From Octopus sinensis (taxonomy: Eukaryota), in NCBI RefSeq assembly GCF_006345805.1, contig NC_043001.1:35340001-35404000 (forward strand): a DNA stretch of 64,000 bases, written 5' to 3'. The notes under the pieces were generated by a model. It was not told where the DNA came from and searched no databases. It saw only the letters and a program-made list of their open reading frames with translations. The translations under genes and the position numbers were made by a program. Below, piece after piece: positions 52,387-64,000 of this stretch (position 1 is the first letter of the stretch; the number at the start of each line of letters is the position of its first letter).

Positions 52387-54654
52387 ATATGTATATATAT
52401 GAATATATATCTATAATACAATGAGGAAAAGAGAATAGGAATACAATAGTAAGTGGTAGACTTGATAGTTCACAACGGTTATCTATTTTGGAAAGCTCTG
52501 TAACCATAGAGTGCTCAAGAAAGTATTCACCCGTAATTTCCTATCATTATTCACATATACATTTCTATATACGTGTATATATAAAATTTGGTAATGAGGG
52601 TAGAAATTGATATTAATCAATTAAAAACAATGGGTTGGCATAGTTAAAAAATCCGAAGATTAAAAGTTATATCACATACAAAATTAAGGGGAATGACCAA
52701 CAAAGTAGACTCCTAATGTGCTAGATATAGACGTATGGACTTTTATCATAAGCAATCTCGGAAAACAACTACAGAAACGTACGAAGGCAAAAATGCAATT
52801 TTAAAAAGGTTGTAATCTAAAGAATACTTAGTCAACTCACCTTTACACGATGAGAAACTTTTAGCAGTGTCAGATGACGTCTTCCAAAATATAGTTCATC
52901 TTTCCTTGCCCTTTATTTTTCGGATTTTTAAATCCACGTAATAGAAATTTTTTACATGCTTGTTACAAATGAATTAACCAAATTTTTACAAATGTCCTTG
53001 TAAAGAAGTTGCTATCAATTTGTTCTCATTTCCTGATTTTTCTCCATTTATGATGAGAGCTGAGGTATAGTGAACTGATAAAATTAAGGAAAATGTTAAG
53101 AGAACGTAATATAGAATTGTTAGTTTCAGCTTTTGTATCTATTATGTGCTTAAAATCTTGTCAGCAAATTTTTCTTAGGATCATATCTAAGCTGCTTCAG
53201 TCAAAAAAACCCGGTCATTCCAGCTGTTAATGGATACGATATTTAATAAGTTTGAGAGAATCATACCGGCGCAATGCAACGAGAAGGTTTGTGAAGTTCA
53301 TTAACCAGCAGGATATAACAGAAAATATGTTCTCTGTTATATTGCCCTATTCAGGAAGGACACAATAGGCAGGTTTGTTTCTGATATAACTGGTGGCTAT
53401 ACCAAATGACGGGATGAAAGTTTTCTATTTTAAAATATCTCGAGCAGAACTGACTTAGGGTTAAACAACAACAACATCAACAACAATAACAACAACTAGC
53501 AAGATGACAATCAACGCGATATTATCAATACTGAATACAAAATATGTCCATCATTGTGGAAGTTTGAATTGAGGGGGCGGGATAGATGTGTCAGCACTAT
53601 GACATGAATTTACAGTATATAAATGAAATCTTCCGGTAACACAAGTCACCTTTAGCACATATTTGTATACATACAAACATATTCAGTGTAGATCAACTCA
53701 CAGTCGCGGCAAAGTGAAGCAAAACTAAAAAGAAGGTCCCGAAGTTGGACTGATGGTTTTATAAAGACGGCGATTAAGGGGCGGAATGAATTTTCCAAGT
53801 GATTAAATAGATATGTTTGTGAATATATCGGACTGCGAATGAGTAAATATATATATACTAATATACACATGCGAGCTTGAAAAGATGAATACATGAGGCC
53901 TAAATCGTACTGATACATACATACATACATACATACATACATACATACATACATACATACATACATAAATACATACATACATACATTCATACACACATAC
54001 ATACATACATACATACATACATTCATACACACATACATTCATACATACATATATACATACATACATACATACAAGCGTACATACATACATGATCACACTT
54101 ACATAGCAACATATACACAAAGGTGTACGCGCTTGCGTGCCCCCCCCCACACACACGCACACACAAAATTAACGAGGCTTCATTTAGTTTCCTTTTGTGC
54201 AACTAATAAACGTGTAATATTTACAAATCATTTCACAAATATTTATGAAAACGACTCAAAACGAAATATAAATTTCTGAGATTTAAAAGGGTGGAAAATA
54301 TATATAGACAAGTGATATAATCTCATTAATTAATTCTATAATTATTTACTCGCTTCCTTAACTCAAGAACTATGAGTACTAATATAGGGGCAATGTCGCA
54401 AATTTTGTGGGAGGGCTCAGCCTATTAAAAAGACATTAGTACATGATTGACAAACGCATACATTCGTTACACCATTTATGCACTCACCTGGAAAATACAT
54501 TCTACCTAAATTTTTTTCTATCTTCTCTCACGTATCATTAACTCATGTTGTAACGTTAATACCTCTTAGAATCTATGGGCTTATGTTTGCTTGTGTGTAT
54601 GTACATAGATATGTATATATGTGTTTATGAATATAAATGTATGTGTGTGTATAC

Positions 54655-54705
<51 letters not shown>

Positions 54706-54746
54706 TATATATAATCTGAGTCCATGTATATCACTCAACCAATACC

Positions 54747-54975
54747 TATTTCTTTATTACTCACAAGGACTAAACACAGAGGGGACAAACAAGGACAGAC
54801 ATAGGTATTAAGTCGATTACATCGACCCCAGTGCGTAACTGGTACTTAATTTATCGACCCCGAAAGGATGAAAGGCAAAGTCGACCTCGGCGGAATTTGA
54901 ACTCACAACGTAACGCAGACGAAATACCGCTAAGCATTTCGCCCGGTATGCTAACGTTTCTGCCAGCTCGCCGCC
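54747..54975 (-). mobile_element. SINE-A, tail 1, full length
   Basis: Complete head, core and tail; the 3' end abuts GGTATT on the minus strand. Confidence 0.95.
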
Positions 54976-55325
54976 ATTTACGTTAATATTCCATTATAAT
55001 TCATTTCTAGTTTAATGGTTTACTGAGAATTTAGGATGTTTACATATTCTTGGTGTCTTCTTTTCGTCTCGGTTCCACTCTTCCTTTCTCTCTTTTAATT
55101 TCTATTATTAATAATCAAAAATATAATGATGTCCTCGCACATAGGTGCGTGAAGACCATCTTTGATTAACTGATTGCCTATCACCTCTACTTCGCCCTTC
55201 AAGGAGATTATACAGGTCCCGTGAACTTTCACATAGGTGTCCCACCTCTACTTTAAATTTAACTATCATAACTGTCGTCACGTCAAACTCCTATGGACCT
55301 TTATGATAGGCCTTTATGATATTTC

Positions 55326-55462
55326 AAGGTGCGAGCTAGCAGAGACGTCAGCACGCCGGGCGAAATGTTTAGCGGTATTTCGTCTGTCGTTACGTTCTGA
55401 GTTCAAATTCCGCCGAGGTCGACTTTGCTTTTCATCCTTTCGAGGTCGATAAATTAGTACCA
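55326..55462 (+). mobile_element. SINE-A, 3'-truncated, AAGGTGCGAG head variant
   Basis: Head and core present up to AGTACC. Confidence 0.9.
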
Positions 55463-55521
55463 TTTGCAAACAAGGATACGATAACAACGCAACAACACTG
55501 CAAAAATTACTAATATGATAA

Positions 55522-55959
55522 TACTTTCAAACAAGGCCTGAAATTTGGGGAAAGCGGTTAATCGAATACAACTGGTACTTATTTCCTCAATCACGAAAGA
55601 AATGGAAGGCAATGTTGACTTCAGCAGAATTTCAAATCGGAACGTTTAGGCGAAATACCTATTTCTTTATTACCCACAAGGGGCTAAACACAGAGGGGAC
55701 AAACAAGGACAGACATAGGTATTAAGTCGATTACATCGACCCCAGTGCGTAACTGGTACTTTAATTTATCGACCCGGAAAGGATGAAAGGCAAAGTCGAC
55801 CTCGGCGGAATTTGAACTCAGAACGTAACGGCAGACGCAATACCGCAAAGCATTTCGCCCGGCGTGCTAACGTTTCTGCCAGCTCGCCGCCTTTATTTAG
55901 GCGAAATACCACAACGCATTTTCTCCGGCGTGCCAACGAGTCTGTCAGTTCACCGCCTT
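55522..55959 (-). mobile_element. Nested SINE-A: young tail-1 copy (55660-55895) inside an older copy
   Basis: 15-bp TSD TTTAGGCGAAATACC at 55645-55659 and 55896-55910; the older head lies at 55911-55959 and the older body and tail at 55522-55644. Confidence 0.92.
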
Positions 55960-55977
55960 GATTGCTAATACAATAGT

Positions 55978-56235
55978 TCTTTCTACTATAGGGACAAAGC
56001 ATGAAATTTCGGAGGTGGGGAGTAGTCGGTTACATCGATCCCCAGTGTTTCACTGGTACTTCATTTATCGACCCCGAAAGGATGAACTCAGAACGTAGAA
56101 ACGGACGTAGAAACGTAAGCAAATCGACTCCAGTATCCTATCGGTTTCTTTTGCCGAACTGCTAAGTTACGGGGACGTAAACACACCACTATCGGTTGTC
56201 AAGCGATGATGGGGGGGACAAACACAGACACACAA

Positions 56236-56288
<53 letters not shown>

Positions 56289-56450
56289 CGACGGGCTTCT
56301 TTCAGTTTCCGTCTACCAAATCTACTCACAAGGCTTTGGTCGGCCTGAGGTTATAGTAGAAGACACTTGCCCAAGGTGCCACGCAGTGGGGCAATGGGAC
56401 TGAACCCGGAAGCATGTGGTTGGTAAGCAAGCTACTTACCACACAGCCAC
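55978..56450 (-). mobile_element. Deleted SINE-A tail-2 copy (55978-56108) followed by a SINE-B lacking its 3' end (56135-56450)
   Basis: Standard motifs of each family. Confidence 0.82.
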
Positions 56451-56618
56451 CCCTCGTTCATAAAAAATAATTTCATTCTTTTATCACCAACTGTTTGAGA
56501 AGACACACATACACACACAAACACAAAGACGAACATACATGCACAGGATAACTACTATTATAATAATACCATCGACTCTCACTTTCCGTCATTTTCAATA
56601 GCGCTTATTTGATTTTGA

Positions 56619-57180
56619 AAGACGGCGAGCTGGCGTTCAGAGTTCAAATTCCGCCGAGGTTGACTTTACTTTTCATCCTTTCGAGGTCGATAAATTTAGT
56701 ACCAGTTGCGTACTGGGGTCGATCTAATCGACTGGCCCCCTCCCACCCAAATTTCGGGCATTGTGCTTAGAGTAGAAAAGAATATTTCAAGGTGCGAGAT
56801 AGCAGAAACGTTAGCACGCCGGGCGAAATGCTTAGCGGTATTTCGTCTGCCGGTACGTTCTGAGTTCAAATTCCGCCGAGGTCGACTTTGCCTTTCATCC
56901 TTTCGGGGTCGAAAAAATAAGTACCAGTTACGCACTGGAGTCGATATATTCGAATTAATCCGTTTGTCTGTCCTTGTTTGACCTCTCTGTTTAGCTCCTT
57001 GTGAGTAGTAAAGAAATAGAAATAGGTATTTCGTCTGTCTTTACTTTCTGAGTTCAATTTCCGCCGAGGTCGACTTTGCCTTTCGGGTTCGATAAATTTA
57101 GTACTAGGTGCATTGTAAGTTCATCTGATCGACTAATCCACTCCCCTAAAATTTTGGGCCTTGTGCTTAGAGTAGAAAAG
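56619..57180 (+). mobile_element. SINE-A head-to-tail run: tail 2 (56619-56783), tail 1 (56789-57024), truncated tail 2 (57025-57180)
   Basis: Junction AAAGAAATAGAAATA|GGTATTTCGTCTG. Confidence 0.92.
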
Positions 57181-57306
57181 TTTATTTGCTTTTTTACTTT
57201 CTTTTATTTATTTCTATCTTTCGGTTTAAGTTATTCGCTTACAATTTGTTTTAGCGTTCGTTCATTGTTTTGTTCAGTTAGCAATACCAAGTTCGACTAG
57301 GTTTAC

Positions 57307-57883
57307 GAGCTGGCAGAAACGTTAGCACGCTGGGCGAAATGCGTGGCCGTATTTCGTCTGCCGTTACGTTCTGAGTTCAAATTCCGCAGAGTTCGACTTT
57401 GCCTTTCATCCTTTCGAGGTCAATTAAGTAAGTACCAGTTACGCACTAGGGTCGATATAATCGACTTAATCCGTTTGTCTGTCCTTGTTTGTTCCCTCTG
57501 TGTTTAGCCCCTTGTGGGCAGTAAAGAAATAGGTATATCGTCTGCCGCTACGTTATGAGTTCAAATTCCGCCGAGGTCGACTTTGCCTTTTATCCTTTCG
57601 GGGTCGATTAAATAAGTATCAGTTACTCACTGGAGTTGATATAATCGACTTATCCGTTTGTCTGTCCTTGTTTGTCCTCTCTGTGTTCAGCCCCTTGTGG
57701 GTAGTACAGAAATAGGTATTGCGTCTGCCGTTACGTTCTTGGTTGAAATTTCGCCGAGGTCAACTTTGCCTTTCACCCTCGTGGGGTCGATTACGCACTG
57801 GGGTCCATGTAATGAACTTAATCCGTTTGTCTGTCCTTGATTGTCCCCTTTAAGCTTAGCCCCCTGTGGGCAATAAAGAAATA
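57307..57883 (+). mobile_element. SINE-A trimer, all tail 1 (monomers start 57307, 57532, 57715)
   Basis: Internal junctions GAAATA|GGTAT; 14-bp direct repeat TACCAAGTTCGACT at 57285-57298 and 57886-57899. Confidence 0.93.
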
Positions 57884-58162
57884 ACTACCAAGTTCGACTC
57901 ATTGCCAGCTCTGAAGACATTATGCATAGCGGTGTCATTTGAGCATGATTTCCGAATATAATCCTGTCAGCTGAACTTCATGCTATCGACATTCAGGCAG
58001 AGATACTAAGATCTCATTAATTAAACAGAACTGACACATGAAGTCGAAATGATATTTTTTCTTTATCTCTTTTCATCTTCAGTAAATAGCTAATCGCTCT
58101 ATTAAACGTAGTTTACTCTTATAGAAATTGTATCGTGTGGTACATATTGTTTTAAGTAAAAA

Positions 58163-60263
58163 ATATTGGTTTCAAGTTTTGGCACAAGGCCAGCAAGTTT
58201 GAAGAAGGGTTTAAGTCTATTTCTTCATCCCCAGTGTTCAACTGGCACTTATTTTATCGGTCCTGAAAGGTTGAAAAGCAAAGTCGGCCTCGGCGGAATT
58301 TGAACTTAAAATGTAAAGAGGGACGAAATACTGCTAAGCATTTCGCTCAGCATGGTAAAGATTCTGCCAGCTCACTGCCCGGTTTTAAGTATATTAACAA
58401 CTAAGACAACAGTACACTATAAATGTTTACCATACTTGATGGAAAAGTTTATATTTAACCAGCCAATATCAGAATTATTGAAAAATCGGAATAAGGATGT
58501 CAAAACTTTAGGTTTCTTTTCTCTATGGAAAGACGTATGTAGGAATAGAAAGTTTAAATTCACTTAAATTGAATCAATATTCATGATTAATGATTTTTAA
58601 ATCTTTAAGTTTATCACGGGTGAAAATGTGACTCTGACCTTTGCCGGCTTCCTTGTTTACTGCAATTGATGCTGTCAGTGGCTTCAGTAACCAGCCTGAA
58701 CATCTTCCGATCAATATAAGAAGGAAAAAAGAGATTTGAGCGTGGGAGGGTGTTCGAATTTTTGCCACAGAGTAAATACTGGTAACAGTAGGCAAGAAAC
58801 AAATGTTGATATAATAAAACTGGAGGTGAGCTACATTTGACTCAACTAGATACAATGAGTTCAAGTTAACCTGATCAGTCAAAAAGCTTAAGTGGAATTT
58901 TCCAGTCTTTCGTCTGCTACACATTGGCGCCATTCACTACAGTTACGATAACATTAACTACTTGTAAAGTGCTACGTTCTGAGTTCAAATTCCGCCGAGG
59001 TCGACTTTGCATTTCATCCTTTCGGGGTCGATTAAATAAGTATGAGTTACGCACTGGGGTCGATGTAATCGACTTAGTCCCTTTGTCTGTCATTGTTTGT
59101 CCCCTCTATGTTTAGCATCTTGTGGGCTATAAAGAATTAAATTAACTATATGTAAAATCATGGAGATATTTTTATACTTAGAATTTAAAATACGATGCGT
59201 AGTTACAAAGAGCTGCAGAATTGGGTTCAAATTGTATAAGACTCAAAGACTCAGTCTTCATTTAGCTCAGCTTGACGAAATAAATTCCAGTAATATATTG
59301 GGGGATATTCAGACGACCGATTTCTCCTCTAATAAATACCATTGATACTAAACAAAATACATCAAGATTATAAACGTCTTAAAAGAGTATTTAGTCCCAA
59401 CCGTCTCCAAAGCCGGTGATTATATTATAATCCCCGGTATTTTGTACGAGATAAATATAATCCCTTATAATGTGTCAGTTTATCGTAACATTATATCTTA
59501 GATGTGCGGTTGCTAGGTACATAGATTGTAGTTTTCGGTATAAATATACAATGACCATCATGCCTGCCGACTTCAACTATTTACCTTTAAAATACAGTTT
59601 CAAATTCTGTATCTGTAAAACGTTACATTGTATGCATACATTATAATATATGTCTATGTCAAGGCGGCGATCTGGCAGAAACGTTAGCGCGCCGGGTGGA
59701 ATGCTTAGCAGTGTTTCCTCTGTCGTTACGTTCTGAGTTCAAATTCCGTTGAGGTCGACTTTGCCTTTCATCCTTTCAGTGGTCGATAAATAAAGTACCA
59801 GTTTCGCACTGGGATCGATGTAATTGACTTAATCCCTTTATCTGTCCTTGTTTGTCCCCTCTATGTTGAGCCCCTTGTGGGCAATAAAGAAATATATAAA
59901 AATGGCTATGTATATTGTTTTAGGGAAGAAGCTTGTACTGGATAATACGATTGTGCATAGTTGTACCTTGTAAAATGATGAAATGATCGCAGATTGAAAG
60001 CTTTTAATTATAACATTAGACAGACCGAGTGAGCTGATTTCGATCCAAGCAACAACAGCAACACATGTATGAGTAATATTGTTTTCAAATTTTGGTACGA
60101 GGTCAGTAATTTCGGGGGAGGAGGCAAGTAGATTACATCAACCCTACTATTTAACTGGTACTTATTAAATCCTCGGCGGAATTTGTACTCAAGACATAAG
60201 GACGGACGAAATGCCGCTAAGCATTTTGCCCGGCATGCGAACGGTCTGCCAGCTCATCGCCTT
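58163..60263. mobile_element. Four further SINE-A copies: 58163-58380 (-), 58970-59137 (+), 59661-59893 (+), 60077-60263 (-)
   Basis: Standard head and core motifs; the minus copies carry a CAAATTTTGG(C/T)AC-type tail. Confidence 0.88.
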
Positions 60264-62440
60264 ATATATATATATGAATAATATCTTGAAATGATTATAC
60301 GAAGACCAGCTGGATACCAAGGACCCCGAAAATAAAAAGAGTTAAATTAAAACAATAAGACAGCTGGAATGCGTTTGACTATAGATGTGACCTGTCAGTG
60401 TTTATTGAACTTAAACTACAAAAATACCATAACCTGTGCTAAGAGAATGTATCAGTTTACTAGAACTTACTAAGAATAGATATGACTTAAGATAATACTT
60501 ATGACCATGCTTCATTATATTAGATTATAATGCTGAACTAAGTCACACACAAATCATCACTTGTGCTAAGTCAATCCATCAGTATTACGAATAAACATAA
60601 GTTCTTATTGTTCTTATGATCATGTCTCATCTCAGTAACATTCAAATCAAGATAGGCTCCTATTTGCTGACTTGCCCCCCCCCCCAAATACTAAGTTACA
60701 TAGAAGCATTTTATTTTTAGAGTAAATTTAACAAAATATTTTATGAAGCACGTAACAAATGAGAATAAACAGAGATATAACCACTTAAGTAAGTATGTGA
60801 CTTAAATTCACTTTAGATATTGATATTAAACTGCTTAAGCAGACTGTAGGTGGTGGATATATTTTTACACACATTCATCTGTCGTCCATTTACAGGCTTT
60901 AAAGGTGAACTTCAACCATATCGGTATAAGTTGTTTGAACATGCGCATTAATCCGCCTCCTGCCTCACACCTATAAAGATTATAAATACATACATGCACT
61001 CCTATTTTCTCTTTCTCTCTATTTACCCCACCCCCCTCTCTCAACTCTCCCTTTCTCTCCCCCTCTCTCTCACGCACAAACATATACACATGTGTGCGTT
61101 GGGAGAGAGACGTAGAAAAGAGAGAGAGAGATCGAACAAAAGATGTGATATCTAGCGTTATGAATATCAATTTCAGAATATCAAACTGAAACGTATATCC
61201 ATATATGTGTAAATAATCATAATTTTAATATTATCTACATATGAATATCAGTATATCAGTATATCAGTGTATATGAGTGTCTGTGTGAGCGCATATGTTT
61301 GTTGCGCACCCGCGCATGTTGATACGAGATTGCTGCAGTTAATGATATTAATAGATATCTTACAGCTATTCGGTGGAGAGCAGGTGTTCTGTTATTAAAG
61401 TAGAGACGATTAATGCGAACGTCTTTTTGAATAAATAAACGACAGTTTATTTCCAGCTATTGTTTCCTACGGTTTTATTTGTTTGTGTGTTTGCAATACT
61501 GTTTCACCAACCACCACTTCATCCACCACTTCCGATGTTTTCCTCATTTCTGTTTATTGTTACATTCAATAAAAAGATCATTGATTGTAATTTGAGAAAC
61601 CGAATATAAAAACGAGCGAGATCCTTATTAGGAATTCACATTGTTAGTTATCTATGTTTGTTAGCTGCTCAGGTGTGTCACGGAAAGGTTATTAAGATAC
61701 AGATTAAACGAAGAAATTACAAGGAAATGTTATAGCATAGGGAGAATTAAATATCAATGATTATTGTTGCTAATATGGCGGTGAAAACGGCGCAAGTTAT
61801 AGAGTGTGTGGTTAGATGCTTTACGACAGCTAATTAAATGGATATCTGTTGAACAGCGAGATCGATGCAACTAACTACAGCCACATGATTTACAAGAATT
61901 GGCTAACTAGTGAGAAAAGAGCTATTTAAGGCGGAAACAATACACTGTCAGACGAAGGGTTTCTGTTTTTTCGTTCGCATTTAGCTTTACTACACATTTT
62001 TTCTTTGTTCTGATAACACCAGAAACGACTGCCTTTTCTTTTTTTACTACAGTAGAGATGAATAATACACAAGACATGAACTTGTATTGTTTTAGTTGTT
62101 TCGCTGGATTAGCAACATTTTTGAGATACCGGATAAAATGCTTTGAGACATTTGCTTTCGGCCTTTTAGGTTCTGAAATTTACTCTGCTTTTCATTTAAA
62201 TAAGGTCAATCGGTTGAGTACAGAAGTAGATATATATTCCTATAATTCGGTGCAATACCGTGCCCTGAAAGATGGGAGAAAAGTTTATCTGGCTACTATG
62301 GACAACGGGGTGGTATAGAGTGATAACTGCATCTCTACAAATTTTTATTTGACTTCTATTTGAAAATTTATTGAAACGTTTCAGAAACAGTTATTGTGAT
62401 ATGGTACATATAAGCCACAATCACAACACCAACAGTGATA

Positions 62441-62619
62441 TTCGTTTCTACTCTAGGCACAAAGCCCAAAATTTTTGGGGAAGGGGCCAGTCGATTAGAT
62501 CGACCCCAGTACGCAACTGGTACTTAATTTATCGACCCCGAAAGGATGAAAGGCAAAGTCGACCTCGGCGGAATTTGAACTCACGACGTAACGGCAGACG
62601 AAATACCACTAAGCATTTT
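62441..62619 (-). mobile_element. SINE-A, tail 2, head truncated
   Basis: TTTCTACTCTAGGCACAAAGCCC..GGATGAAAGGCAAAGTCGACCTCGGCGGAATTTGAAC. Confidence 0.9.
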
Positions 62620-62799
62620 ACTACGCAGCTTGGTTAGGGATAGAACTCTAAGAGCTGAAACAAACTCCATTCTATTTTCTTGTGGTGGTAGCTATTGTTG
62701 AATTTATTAGTTGTTATTGTTGTTACCGCTGTGCTCCTACTATAACGATTAATCTCAAATCCTAGTTCAGCTCTGGTTTTATAGTCTTTTTCTCTTATA

Positions 62800-63195
62800 T
62801 TTGTTTCAGATATTTGACTACAGCCATGCTGGAGCACCGCTTTTAGTCAACTAAATCGTCACCAGGACATATTCTTTGTAAACCTAGTACTTATTCTATC
62901 GGTCTTTTTGCAAACCGCACGTAAACACACCAACATCGGTTGTCAAGCGATGGTGGGTGGTGGGGGACAAACACAGACACACAAACACACACGCACATGC
63001 ATGCACGCACACACACACAGACACACACACACACAAACATATATACGATGGGCTTCTTTCAGTTTCCGTCTACCAAATCCACTCACAAGGCTTTGGTCGG
63101 CACGAGGCTATAGTAGAAGGCACTTGCAGTGAGACTGAACCCGGAATCATGTGGTTGGTAAGCAAGCTACTTACCACGTAGCCACTCCTGCGCCT
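62800..63195 (-). mobile_element. SINE-B, near full length
   Basis: GCCATGCTGGAGCACCGC..CTTCTTTCAGTTTCCGTCTACC..GCCACTCCTGCGCCT. Confidence 0.92.
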
Positions 63196-63863
63196 ATGAT
63201 CAATTTCTATCCTAATCTAAGTCATATCAATACCTACTCTTTTTTCAACCACTTGATAGGTTATAAGTGCGTGATTTAAAAGAATTTGGCTGCTGTTTCT
63301 TGCAAAAGAAGAGATCGCTTAGAGGCTCTGCCCTTCTCTATTTTTTCTTTCTCTTTCTCTCTCTGTCTCTCTCCTTCTCTATCTGTCTCTGTATCTCTGT
63401 CATTGTCTCTCTTTAACTCTCTCGTTAGACTGCAGAGCTGAGATCAGTTACATGCGTGAGAAGAAGAAAAAGCAGAAAGGGTTTTTGTCTGAAACTGTGA
63501 TTCACATAATGAAATCAGAAAGAGGCTTCAGTGTAGCGTGAAATAGCAATGATGTTTGCATAATGGAAACAATATTAAACAAGAAAATAAGAAAGACATT
63601 CCTTTCAGAAATGTTCTGTTAGTGTTGTTATAAGGGTTCTTTAAAACGTTGCTTAATTGTAAAGATTTCAAAAGAAGGTGGTGTCTTTTAATAAGCAATA
63701 ATCCTTGAACCGTTTTGATCTTGAAGACTTCTTTTTTTCTTCTTGTTCTCTCATTCAAATTTTATTTATTTCGTTTGTCTTTTGATGTATGGGGAGCTCT
63801 GAATGAATGCAAGCAGGTATGGCTAAAGATATATAGGAAAACATATATGTGAGTGTAAGCATG

Positions 63864-63929
<66 letters not shown>

Positions 63930-63931
63930 AT

Positions 63932-63970
<39 letters not shown>

Positions 63971-64000
63971 GTATATATATGTATATATATATATATATAT

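Noticed and set aside
58650-58830. Short candidate exons on both strands (GWLLKPLTASIAVNKEAGK minus; VNTGNSRQETNVDIIKLE plus)
   Set aside because: Such AG..GT-bounded open stretches arise often by chance; one has a weak donor and neither has recognisable homology.

Overview
AT-rich, repeat-dominated eukaryotic DNA with no convincing intact host gene. The SINE families and very dense (TA)n/(CA)n/(GATA)n/(TACA)n/(TAA)n microsatellites are consistent with an octopus (coleoid cephalopod) intergenic or intronic region; the taxon is inferred from recalled repeat sequences, not from a search. Most long ORFs in the supplied track are microsatellite translations. Supported content: about 30 copies or fragments of a tRNA-derived SINE ('SINE-A', alternative 3' tails, dense cluster at 54.7-60.3 kb); a second SINE ('SINE-B') with a built-in microsatellite; tRNA-Arg-like SINEs ('C/D'); a 5'-truncated R4/Dong-type LINE with a restriction-like endonuclease domain and an ORF-less neighbour, both in (TAA)n tracts; RTE and CR1 LINE relics; mariner relics; two non-autonomous Helitron/Helentron-type elements; two Penelope-like terminal repeats, one with an intact-looking minimal hammerhead ribozyme; and four hairpin/MITE-like elements. 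The most unusual signal is that 6 of 13 tail-1 SINE-A 3' ends abut the same motif (GGYAT), which lies in the SINE's own tRNA-like head. One case is a nested insertion with a 15-bp target-site duplication (TSD), and a SINE trimer is flanked by one 14-bp TSD. This suggests a self-targeting, array-building SINE. Family labels A-D are my own working names, and coordinates were counted by hand.
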